64,000 bases of DNA from positions 25,618,070 to 25,682,069 of the forward strand of contig NC_092671.1 of NCBI RefSeq assembly GCF_964355755.1, written 5' to 3'. Within the stretch, counting starts at the first letter, position 1; every line of letters begins with the position of its first letter. The DNA is from Antedon mediterranea (taxonomy: Eukaryota > Animalia > Echinodermata). This document shows positions 38,576 to 50,116 of this stretch, piece after piece. The notes under the pieces are model-generated. The model was not told the origin of the DNA. It saw only the letters and a list, made by a program, of their open reading frames with translations, and searched no databases. The translations under genes and the position numbers were made by a program.

Positions 38576-41432
38576 TTAAGTCAGGTGATAAGCCTGAATG
38601 AATGAATTTTCGTACGTCCGTAAATATTAATTTTAATTTCCGTAGAATTTTATGGACGTTCCGAAATTTGAACCGTGTTATACCGGTAGCAGAGCAAAGT
38701 TTGCTTCCTTCTGAAAATTTCCTTTCATTATTTTCTTTGTTTTGTTTTTGTTTTTGTACAGTCTATAGTGGAAATTGTGGTTTTAACATCTGACTTTATT
38801 TAGCATTTAATTCAAAATAATACAATTTAACGTTTTGCTCAATATATTTATAGAAGCAGCATCATATTTTTGCATAACCTTTTTAAATGATTGATAATTA
38901 ATTTGCATTAATTGATTATAGTTTTTTAATTACCGTAATTTATTACCGTACCAGAAGTACCTTCATCAGGGACTTTTTCCCGTTCACATTGAATGAAAAA
39001 AATGTTATCCTATTGTTAGTCCCGTATTTTATTACCGGCGAAATAAGATGGCTACAATCCTCTGTCTGCTAGAAGAGACATTCTGGGGAAAACTAGAAGT
39101 GCAATTTATCATGAATTTTACATGTGAGAGTACCATTTGCGGCCATCTAGGGGTGTCATTTAACAATTTGGTTCATCACAGACCCCACGATAGGGTCCTG
39201 TGGTTCAAATAGTTAGTTTCTACAGCCCTGGGCTCTTTGGGCAACCCTCTTAAAATAGTCCTGCGACAGCCCCCCTGCGCATAATCATGTTTCAGTTGAA
39301 CTACTAAGTTGTCATGCTCACTTTCCCGTAATGTTGACATATGGGTGTTAATTATTAATCCAGTTTATAAAGTAATCATACCAATATAGGACAATATTTT
39401 TTGGTTTCTGGTCTTGTATATCATACGTACATTTTATTCGCTAAGATCTTTTAAGAGACATCTAACTTAATATTTCTCAAACCTGGGTAAAACAGTATTT
39501 TAAAATTGACATAGATATACTTTATTGTCACCTAATAAATATAAAAACATGAGACGTTTAATAAACGTCTCATGTTTCTCAGGGGCGGACCCAGGGGTGT
39601 TCCCTAGTGGCATGGCCCGGGCAACACCCTTAATTTCATACTAAATGTTATTTCTGCCACTAAATTAAAATTGAGTTCTATCGTATACAATATCCATATT
39701 TATACGTTATAGAAGTCCAGTCTGAAGAGAATATTTGTAAATTGGCACCAATAGGCCTACTATGTTCGGGAAAAACCCGTCATATGGGTCGTCAATTTGT
39801 TCATAATTATTGCGTTTTTCCATAATTTAAGGCCAAATCATAATTTTGCGTATTATTTTGTTTTTCCGGGTAGTACCCTATTTATCTTTATTTCTGTAAG
39901 ACTTTTGACCGTCTTCACGCTATCACTGTTGCAAATTTCACGTTAAATGACATTAAAGCTGCAAGGATAAGGAAAATAATGTGCACAAACCAAAGCGAAA
40001 AGGTGATATTATAGTAACTGACATGCTCAGTTACCTGGTAAATTGTGATGCATCCTCTTTGCCTACATTCACAGCTGCAAATCTGTCTAAAATCCCATTT
40101 GTAGATGTGGAACACATTGATGCAACTTTGCTGCTCAGAGAGATTCACAAACTGCGATCGGATTTTACCATGATGAAGGCAGATATCGCTTATGCAACTA
40201 ATCAGAGATGCAAATTGGCCCAGAAAGTGAGAGAAGATATGCAGACACAGCATTCTCCTGCACTGACTACCCGTAAACCTGAGAATTATCCAACAAAGCA
40301 AATAGTTATTCCTGACGAACCGTATTATAAACCACATGATTGTAAGAATTCTCAAATTCCGTCCGCTGAAGCAATTGTTGGTGAACATTAGGAGAACGAG
40401 CCCTATTTAGCGTGAGCTTTTGCCTCTGGCATCTTACTTGTTTATTTTTGCCTAAAGCCAGTCATTAATGTCTTAGGCAATTAATAAATCACGTAACACC
40501 TTGTTCATCTTCCAGGCTCAGCCTTCCTTGCTTCTGATTGGCTGCAATGCACAGCCTATTTTGGAATTGGTCACTCATTGTATTTAGAAACCACCATTAT
40601 ACCATGGGTAAATTTTTTGCACACAAAATTAAAGAATGCAAGTGGCCTTGTGGTTAGCAAGGTCAGTTCTAATCTAACAGCAGGGAGCCAAAGAATGAAC
40701 TGTAGAGATGAGTTTAAAATAAAAATTTGTGTTTTGTGCACCCAGACTAAAATCGCTGGAAAAGCAAAAACTTTTGTTTTGAAATTAAAACTATATTTAT
40801 AAACTATTTCATGTTCTTCAGCTGAGATCTCAAAATGATCTCTATGGATTTGCCACCCCTCTAATGTTAAATATATAGGCCTATAATAAATAGTACAGTA
40901 ATACTATTTCAAATTATAAGCAAACAATTAAATACTGTATTTTATAATCATATTTTATATAATAGTTACTTTATGTCTCAATTATAAACCCCTTTTCTTG
41001 AGTATACCCCAATTGTATGCACATTTATGGAGGAAATATATATTTATGTTTTTCTCAATACATAATAGTTCAGTTTTTTTTTCACATTAATGTGACATTT
41101 GTTTGTCTAAGTTGTGTGAAGTAATGATACCAAAAATGTTAACTCTTAATTTGTAACTCCTGAATTGTAATCAATAGATTAGGTCTAAGTAAATATTAAA
41201 AAATGGTTGTTAATGTTACAGATGGAACATTTTTGTTATAGGCCAGGATATCATTATTTTAACGATTAACTAAAAAATCAGATACTGTAATTAATACACT
41301 GAATAAAATCTGTATGTGCATGTTATATATTTATTTTAATTTGAAAATTAACAATTGCCATGTAAACATATATTATGGGCCTAATTTGAATTAAATTTTA
41401 TAGAGTATATTCTTAAAAAATTCCTGTCCGTT

Positions 41433-42171
41433 AAAAAACAAGGCCAACAGCCATTAAGTCGCGTGCTACAATGCATAGTGATACCGGACCGACCGACAGA
41501 CAGACCGACAGACCGACCGACATAGTGAACTACTGAACATGTGTAAAAATGTTGAAATGTTTAAAAACATTTATATTTTTTTAATTTACACGTGCGTAGC
41601 CTGTCACTTTTGACGTGCTCATATAACGTAATTTCTAGTTGAAAAGTAAGTCAAGAAAACAGAAATCGGGCAAAAAGAGTGCGCAATAACATTTAACGCG
41701 CAGTGCGCGCGCAAAAATCTGCGCACTCATGGCAATTTTGTAAACGCTTAAAATTGCCTGAAACGTACTCTTATTTCATCGAAAATAAATTTTGAAAATT
41801 TTAAGCGCGCGTACGCATGCGTTACATGCGCTACGCACGTAATTGTATTGCCATATAATGATTTATGCCCTGAAATTTATGAGTACCAAATTTTATTTAA
41901 TTGTGATTCATGGTTGTGAAGATATGATTACAAACGTGATTTCGTTAAATCGTGCGTAGACCGCGTAATTTTTTATTGCGCACCGTGAAAACATAACCAC
42001 ATCGATTCCTGGCCATAAGGAATATACTGTGAAAAATTGACTTAGCTAGATTAAACTGATATCAAGATAAGGTCAGAAAGCGATAACATGCATAGTGATA
42101 CCGGACCGACAGACAGACGGACCGACCGACCGACATAGTGAACTATAGAGTCGCGTGCACGCGACTAAAAA
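41433..42171 (-). mobile_element. Helentron/DINE-like non-autonomous element with duplicated core
   Basis: Ends match the 25145 element in reverse. ATGCATAGTGATACCGGACCGAC...CATAGTGAACTA occurs twice (about 41471 and 42088). A/T-run flanks, no TSD. Confidence 0.75.
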
Positions 42172-42322
42172 TGTGAACCTGCATAATGCGATAAAGTATT
42201 GTTGGCACATATATTAAATCCCGTCACAGTATTATCTTGTATCCTTTAACATTTGGAATGAGTTGGTGCATGGTAAGATATAGGAATATGGATTATGAAG
42301 GGGATGAAAAAACGTGAAAAAG

Positions 42323-43105
42323 ATAGCACAATTTCTCAAATAGGTATACCGTACGTACAATTTCTCAAAGAAGTAGCACAACTTTCGGAATGGATTGCAC
42401 AATTTCTCAAAGAGGTAGCACAATTTCCCGAATGGTTAGCACAATTTCTCAAAGAGGGAGCACAATTTCTCAAATGGTTAGCACAATTTCTCAAAGAGGT
42501 AGCACAATTTCCCGAATGGTTAGCACAATGTCTCAAAGAGGTAGCACAATTTCCCAAATGGTTAGCACAATTTCTCAAAGAGGTAGCACAATTTCCCGAA
42601 TGGTTAGCACAATTTCTCAAAGAGGTAGCACAATTTCCCGAATGGTTAGCACAATTTCTCAAAGAGGTAGCACAATTTCCCAAATGGTTAGCACAATTTC
42701 TCAAAGAGGTAGCACAATTTCCCGAAAGGATTGCATAATTTCTCAAAGAGGTAGCACAATTTCCGGAATGGTTAGCACAATTTCTCAAAGAGGTAGCACA
42801 ATTTCCCGAATGGGTAGCACAATTTCTCAAAGAGGTAGCACAATTTCCCGAATGGGTAGCACAATTTCTCGAATGGTTAGCACAATTTCTCAAAGAGGTA
42901 GCACAATTTCCCGAATGGTTAGCACAATTTCTCAAAGAGGTAGCACAATTTCCCGAATGGGTAGCACAATTTCTCAAAGAGGTAGCACAATTTCCCGAAT
43001 GGTTAGCACAATTATTTCTCAAAAAGGTAGCACAATTTCCTGAATGTTGCATATTGCACAATTTCTCAAAGAGGAGCACACTTTCTCAAATGTAGGTAGC
43101 ACAAT
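42323..43105. repeat. 42-bp (2 x 21) minisatellite
   Basis: Unit TAGCACAATTTCTCAAAGAGGTAGCACAATTTCCCGAATGGT. Confidence 0.95.
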
Positions 43106-46100
43106 ATTTCGTGATTGTATGACCACAATTGTACTGGGAAGGTTTTAAACTATATTTAAAAAAATCACAGTGTGCAGAGGTTAGAGGGGTTGGAGGCTTA
43201 GTGATTTGCTGGGGTTAGTATCAATGACCACATGAGTAATGTGAACTGGGGGTATGTTTTAACTGCATTTGAAAACCGTCATAAAGCCGGGGTGTGCAAT
43301 AGAATTTGTACCAGGAAGTTTAACATTATAAGTTAAAAAATCCCCGAGTGCGGGTGTGTGTTGGGGAGGTGGGTGCATTTTAGGGCATCTGGATAATGAG
43401 TTATCAAATGATCGGGAATGTACTGTGAAGTTTTAAAACTACATAGGAAACCCGCCCGGGCGTGTATAATTGCTAGTCATCAATGTTTTAAAATACTAGA
43501 GTGCTAAAGTGAACATAATGTATGTAGGCCTATGTGCAGTTTTCTTAGAATAACATAAACAACTAAAATGAGGCATAATCCCTCTATTATAATATCGTAT
43601 AACATCAACTTGTTATTACACAATAAAAAAGATTGTTATTTATATGGGTTTCGTTTATGTTTATTAACATTCATTCAATTACATTTTTTTAAATAAAAAG
43701 ATTTATTTTTTAGATTTTTTAGTATTATTAATTAATTCATATATCTGGTCCTATATACTAATATAGCGCAAACACTTTTTGGGAAGCGTATGGGTACCAC
43801 CCCCTACGGCTACATTATTTTATTTGAATTTCCCGCTCATATTCTCAAAAATTGTAGGCCTACCTATACCAGGGAGTTGTTATTAATAACAACTCCCTGC
43901 CTATACCTCAGCCCGAGTCTGATGTGATGGTGTACCTCTTGACATCCCTACCAAATCCCATCGCACCATCCCAGTTTATTTCAGAATCCATTTGTAGTAG
44001 GCTATGTATTTCATTGGTAAATTAATAAAATTAAAATTATTCAATTGTAATTGGTTGATCGCTTGACTACTCAATCTAAGGTTGAACTTTGTAGCTCCCC
44101 ATACAATGTTGTTAAAATGTACAAAATCGAAAAGGAAACATGGAAATAAAGGCTTACTTAAATAATTATAAGGCGTGAAAAGGCTATTATATAAATATTC
44201 ATTTATTTCATGAAATCAAACTATTACCTAATCATTAAAACATGCTGTAACTGAAACCTGATGCTGTCGGTGATTGGCTGTTGGCAAACAAAGTGGGCTT
44301 GGCCTCTTTTAGTACCCAGATACTTTCCTGCATGATTGATGGCCACTGTTCTGTTAATTACCCATCAACAAGACTGATCAGGGTCAAAACAATTACAGGC
44401 AATTATAGTACCCCGGGTTAGCCGGGGTACTAAAAGCTCACGTTAAATAGGGCTCGTTTTCCTAATGAATTTTCAAGAATATAGAAGGGAATCCTCGTAA
44501 GGGGAATCCCCATACTAAGGCGATGTTCAACCTGCATCATCAGCTTGTATTCCTGTTAATCCAATGAACACATTCGCGTCTGCTGTAAAGAACACAAAGG
44601 TGAGCTCAGGCTGGAGTGAAGGATGGATTTCGTTTTCAAAGAAGAAAACAACGCCGTCAGTCCAAATTTAAACGAGGAACCGGTGATGAGGGTATTGAAC
44701 TTAAGGCTAGGCCTCCACCACCTTATAAACTATACCTGGGTAATATGGATAATTACACTAAAGCAACAGATGTGCAATCATACCTGAAAAGAGCCAAGAA
44801 CATTACTGTCACCGTCAATGCTCTTGAAAGTAAACGAACAGACTGTGCCTCTTTCATGATACAATGTGAATTTAATGACAAAGATATTGTTAATGATACT
44901 AATATCTGGCCAAAGTATGCTTTCATTATATAGGAGGTTTTATGAAGCTAAATATAAGCAGGGTAATGAATGACTCACATGAAATTAACAAACTTAGGGT
45001 AGTCTCCCTTAACTGTAATTCATTTAAATCTGCTCAAAAAGAAATTTATGATCTCTGTGATGTTCATGACATTGTATGTTTACAAGAGATTTGGTTGACA
45101 AATGATGAGCTACCCATGCTTAAAACCACCCCCGATTTTGATTGTTTAGTGTTACCCCCATGGATTCGGCCTCATTACTTGTGGGACGGCCATATGGGGG
45201 TGTAGCGACACTATTTAGGAAAACATTACACGATGTTGTTAAACTTGTTGATCTTAAAGATAATAGGCTTGTCGCTATTGAGGTTGGCAAGGGTAGGTAT
45301 AAAACCTTATTTGTTAACCTGTACTTACCCTATGAATGCGACGACAACTTTGGTGAATATTTACAATATTTAGGTAAAATCGAAAGTATTGTTGAAGAGT
45401 TTGACAATGACAAAGTAGTCTTTGTTGGTGATTTTAATTCTGATCCAAAGAAAAAATTCGGTAACGAATTGATTGATTTTTGCACTGAGTATAACTTGGT
45501 TATATCTGATTTGGAATACTTTGGTCATTACTCAGATACGTTTACTTATTTTAGTGATGCTCACAGTACCACAAGTTGGTTAGACCATTTCGGTAGTAAC
45601 AGAGAATTATACCGCACCGGTAGCAGAGCAAACCCGGAACTAAGTTGTAGACTTAGTCATAAGTAGTTACAGAGTTGCAAGGCATTTTATCATTGTTAAA
45701 AGTTTTGTTAGCTTAATTGTTAAAATTGGTAAGTAAAAGAAGTAATGCTGGCGCCAACAGATTTAGCGACCGTCCTTCACAACCAAAATATTTCTTTGTA
45801 ACAAAATTTATTTTAAATGGAACGCTACAAAAATAATCCTTCGCTTCACTGCTTGAATACCTAATAACCAGACAAGATCGATCGTATCTTTGTTACGTTT
45901 TACCATCAATCAATTTTCATATCACGCTTTTTTTATCAATATAGTACAGTAGTATAATAATACCATTTTGATTGAATAGCGAGGGATTAGTGGGTTGACT
46001 CCTATTCACCTTGGTATATTTACATCCTATGTTTTCTAACGACTTTAGTATTAGTACCTTGTTTTGTTCAATTTAAGGGAAACTTGATAAAATACGTCAG

Positions 46101-46223
46101 TTCTTAGCTAACTCTAATCCTAGCTTTAACTGTAACTTGGCTTGTTCAATTCGTTCTTCTGATATTCCTAATAATGGTTATTAAGAACCACTAGAAACGA
46201 TATAAATCGTCACGGTGGAGGGT

Positions 46224-46312
46224 TACCACGTTGAAACACCGGCTCTCGTCAGATCTCGTTGGGCCTGGTTAGAGCTTGAATAGGAGACCATCTGGGAATA
46301 TTGGGTGCTGTA
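46224..46312 (+). pseudogene. 5S rRNA pseudogene or 5S-derived SINE head
   Basis: TACCACGTTGAAACACCGGCTCTCGTCAGATC...GGGCCTGGTTAG..CTTG.AT.GGAGACC..CTGGGAATA..GGGTGCTGTA matches animal 5S, with the 5' end and the box A region deleted. Confidence 0.8.
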
Positions 46313-49229
46313 TATGGAGCTGGGGTCCCGTTATGCATATTCTTTACTCCATGCGCAGGCCAAAAAAAAGGGTGTGAGCTTCAAATATCAAGATGGACAA
46401 TTATTAGTTTCCTCAAAACTGTTTTACCGCGATACTAGGTAATATGAATGCCCACAATACTAAATGGGAACCTGTAGTGATACAAATAGTTTCGTTAAAT
46501 GTTATATATAACGCAGCAAAGTTATTTATCACAATATATCAGAGTTTCAACGCTAAGTGCTAATGGGAGTAATTTTGTATTAAGGCTGTTCTTTGTGAGA
46601 AACCTCTGATTGAAATATGTAATATAAAAAAGGTATTAGTACAGGATTAGTACAGGCTATATATGGTTTGCCCTTGAAAGAAATCTGTTGGTATTTTTTT
46701 CATGAGTTTGAAAGAATAAAAGGGATGTATAAGCCTATGTCCATGTTTAGGGGTCACAATAATAAATACAACTTTTTCAACAACAATTTTATTGGTCAGA
46801 TATAAACAAAGGTCCAGGGTCAATTTTTGTTTCTTCTTCGTGAGATCTATACACTTTTATTTTATACTGTGCATCCTTTCAGTGACCTTTAGTTAGTATA
46901 TAAAGGCGCACATAAATGGACAAAAGTGGTGCCTACACATAGGATTTAGGGATAACAAAAGAAATAGATATTTTGTGAATATCTAATTATAGTTACATTG
47001 GTCCGATGTCCGTTATTCAGATTTTAAGCTACTTTAATATTGTAATATTTTGTGCTTAGTACTTGTACTAAGTACAGTACGAGGGAAAATAAACTGTGAT
47101 GATATTTGGCAATTGAACCTAATAAAAACATTAGGCGTTTATTTCAGTAAAGACATGCCTACGTATTATAAACAAAAACGTTTTAAAATTAAGTAATATG
47201 CTTACAGATTAGAGCCGGCGGAATCTAACGTTATTTGGTAAAGGATTAGTAATTAACTACTCTGTATTATTATATATGCATACTCATAAAACTTCGTCGC
47301 GATATGTGTGAACACCTTCTCAACCGTGACGAGTTGTAAACAATCCTATAATGCATACTCGTGGTTTGAAATCTATTCTTTGCTTACTTTTGCTCGGGAC
47401 GATTTTTCAGACGAAATGTAATCAAATTAATTTACCTGTTCATTACGTAAACTTGTTGTTTTTGCTTCGAATTTTCGACTTAAAGTGAATAACTTTAATA
47501 TTACTTTGATATGGCCAATTTAATTTAGGCCTAGTAAATTTAGAATATTTTGACCTTCATTTTTTTTGTGTTTCAAGGGACAATACATCTTTAATTTGCC
47601 AAAATGCAAATCCCTTTTTGAATACGATGGGGTACTATGTGTCACTCGCTTGAATCATGGAGGTATAATACCTCCATGCTTGAATACACTTTATCAGCTG
47701 AAAAAAATGCATGGCTGACTTTTCAGAATAGGACAATTAGCTCGCTCTATGCACAAGAGTGTAGTGACTTTAGTACTTCGGGACAGAATAAAGGTGAGTG
47801 TATAATACTCTTGCTATAGTAGGCCGTACAGTGCTATCTAAAATCAAATTAGTGGTGATAGAAAAAGCTTGGATTTTTTTGATATTTATTTACCTTGATT
47901 GCCGGTTTGGCATTCTTAACGTGATCGGTTGATCGCGAAGTATTTCGTCCTCCGAAATCTATTGACTTTATTGTACTCGCGGTTCAATTTGTTAGTTTAT
48001 TGAATTTGGTTACTAATTTATTAAAGTATGTATTACCACTCATTTAATTGTAATCTTGATTTTTTATTGTAACATCCTTTTCGTATCGACTGTATCGACG
48101 TCTTTTTAAAATAATCTCATTCATTTTATTGCAGGTTAGTTGGTACAATTAGTTTAACTATTTTACTATTGATTTCGTACTCTGTGTAGGCATTATCACT
48201 ATTGTATCATTAATACTGTTTGCTGTTAGGCCTGTTATTAAAAAAAAATATAGGCCTGTTATAGATATCAGTATCTAAAATCTACCCTGGTTTGTTTATT
48301 AGTAATTAACTATAATATCCATAAATTCAAAATGACTGCCATTTGAAAACTTTGTCCCTAATATATCTTTAACCACCAAAGAACCATAAAAGACGAAAAA
48401 TATCAACAATAATTCTCCTTTAATTAAAATTATTGAATATAATTTATTTGATTTCTTTGCATAAACAGAATGCACTTCTATACAGTAATATTAATAAATG
48501 AAAACACGTTTTGTTGGTAAACAATTACAATTACGTGATTTTTTGGCATTCGGGTTTAGGATTACTCCTTACAAAGAAGTGGGGATATTTTGTCAAAGTT
48601 TGGGTTAACTCTTCTACCAGGTAACCAAAAGGTAGTGGGGTTATTTGCTGCGGATCCAATTTATAGACACAATGCCGGTGGGCATGCCATATGTTTGGGT
48701 GCCGGGACGCGATTTTTTTTTTCGTACACAAGTTGGGGACCCCTCATGAAACGTCACAAAATAAACATGAATAATTCATCAGTTAAATTTGTTGTTCCGT
48801 GTGCACCCAAGCGTATAGCAACAAGAAGTGATAACACAACTGCGATACGATTCTTTCTAACGGTAGGCCTAGGATTCTAGGTCAATTCACGTGATTGCCT
48901 TCGACACACACACACACACACTACTATGCAAAATTTGTCGAGGCTAATCGACGGCTAGGCAAGACATTACACTAGTAATTGGACATAGCCCAAAGAAAGC
49001 TTAGACCCACAAGAATAAAGAATGTCTATAATTTGTGTACTGTAATTTTTTAATTCTGCTATTTTATTATCAAATAATATGCATGTACTCAAAGGAACTT
49101 TAAAAATGCGCGTATATGACCACATGAGATGGGAAGATTAGACCCACGAGAATAAAAAATGTATTTTTGTCTAATGTTTATTGTTTAATTTTGCTGACTT
49201 ATTACTCGGACTGAGTTGGTGAAATTCAG

Positions 49230-49720
49230 TCCAAAATACGCAGAAATTTTTCCAAAATACGTCAAGTTGAGGGCGCTATACTAATCCAAAATACGCGAGT
49301 CTTTCCAAAATACGTTGACTTGAGGGCGCTATTCATTTTCCAATATACGCGAATTGTCCAAAATACGTCAACTTGAGGGCGCTATTCATTTTCCAAAATG
49401 CGCGATTTTTCCAAAATACGTCAAATTTTGGGGCGTTAGTAATTTCCAAAATACGTCAACTTGAGGCCACTATTAATTTTCTAAAATTGGAAAATTATCC
49501 AACTAATTATCCGCTATCAGTCCAAAATACACAGAATTTTTCCAAAATACGTCAACTTGAGGGCGCTATACTAAATACAAAATACGCGAGTCTTTCCAAA
49601 ATACGTCAACTTGAGTTATCCAACTTAAAACAACTTTTGTAGCGCTATTAATTTTCTACAATAAGAACGTTATCCGACATACCCTCCAACTTGAAGGCAC
49701 AGTTTTCCAAAATACGCAAA
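49230..49720. repeat. Degenerate tandem repeat (CCAAAATACGTCAACTTGAGGGCGCTAT core)
   Basis: Core repeated about 7 times with variable spacers. Confidence 0.8.
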
Positions 49721-49908
49721 TTTTCCCAAAAAATATTCGAACCTTCAAAACGCGAGGCTGTTTTAAAAATTACTATAAAGGATTGTATCTTCAACATTGA
49801 AAAGATGAACCATTTTGGTAAGTTTTAAGTTCAGTTTGTATCATATTAGATAATAGTTCTTGTAGTACGGTAGTCCATTGGCAATATATCAATATTTGTT
49901 GTATGTTA

Positions 49909-49957
49909 GGATCTTCTGCTTGATATGCAGATGTGCTAACCATTAGACCACTGGCGC
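49909..49957 (-). pseudogene. tRNA-like 5' half (SINE head)
   Basis: GCGCCAGTGGTCTAATGGTTAGCACATCTGCATATCAAGCAGAAGATCC has an A-box and an anticodon-like hairpin (TCTGC/GCAGA); the B-box is missing. Confidence 0.55.
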
Positions 49958-50081
49958 TTTCATGGTATAGTTCAAACCCGATCTGATAGCGACTCTTTAT
50001 ATTCTCGGCGTGGTACGGCGGAAAAGCACTAGTCCCTTAATTGTATGCACGCGCACCAGAGATCAAATTGATACGCCCCAT

Positions 50082-50113
<32 letters not shown>

Positions 50114-50116
<3 letters not shown>

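Larger units (their letters stand above)
40386..44467. mobile_element. Non-autonomous TIR element (CATTAGG ends, 2-bp TSD; CACTA/CMC-like)
   Basis: TIRs CATTAGGAGAACGAGCCCTATTTAGCGTGAGCTTTT / AAAAGCTCACGTTAAATAGGGCTCGTTTTCCTAATG, AA on both sides; interrupts LINE ORF1. Confidence 0.8.
39905..45590 (+). mobile_element. Degenerate LINE: ORF1 split by a 4-kb insertion, plus the ORF2 AP-endonuclease; 3'-truncated
   Basis: ORF1-like LPTFTAANLSKIP and RRM-like KLYLGNM...WP. APE motifs SLNCN, DIVCLQEIWL, GRPYGGVA, VGDFN, TTSWLDH, with frameshifts. Confidence 0.8.

Noticed and set aside
38940-38975. Minus-strand hammerhead candidate (CTGATGA AG GTAC..GTAC)
   Set aside because: Followed by GGTAA instead of GAAA, and no stem I or III.
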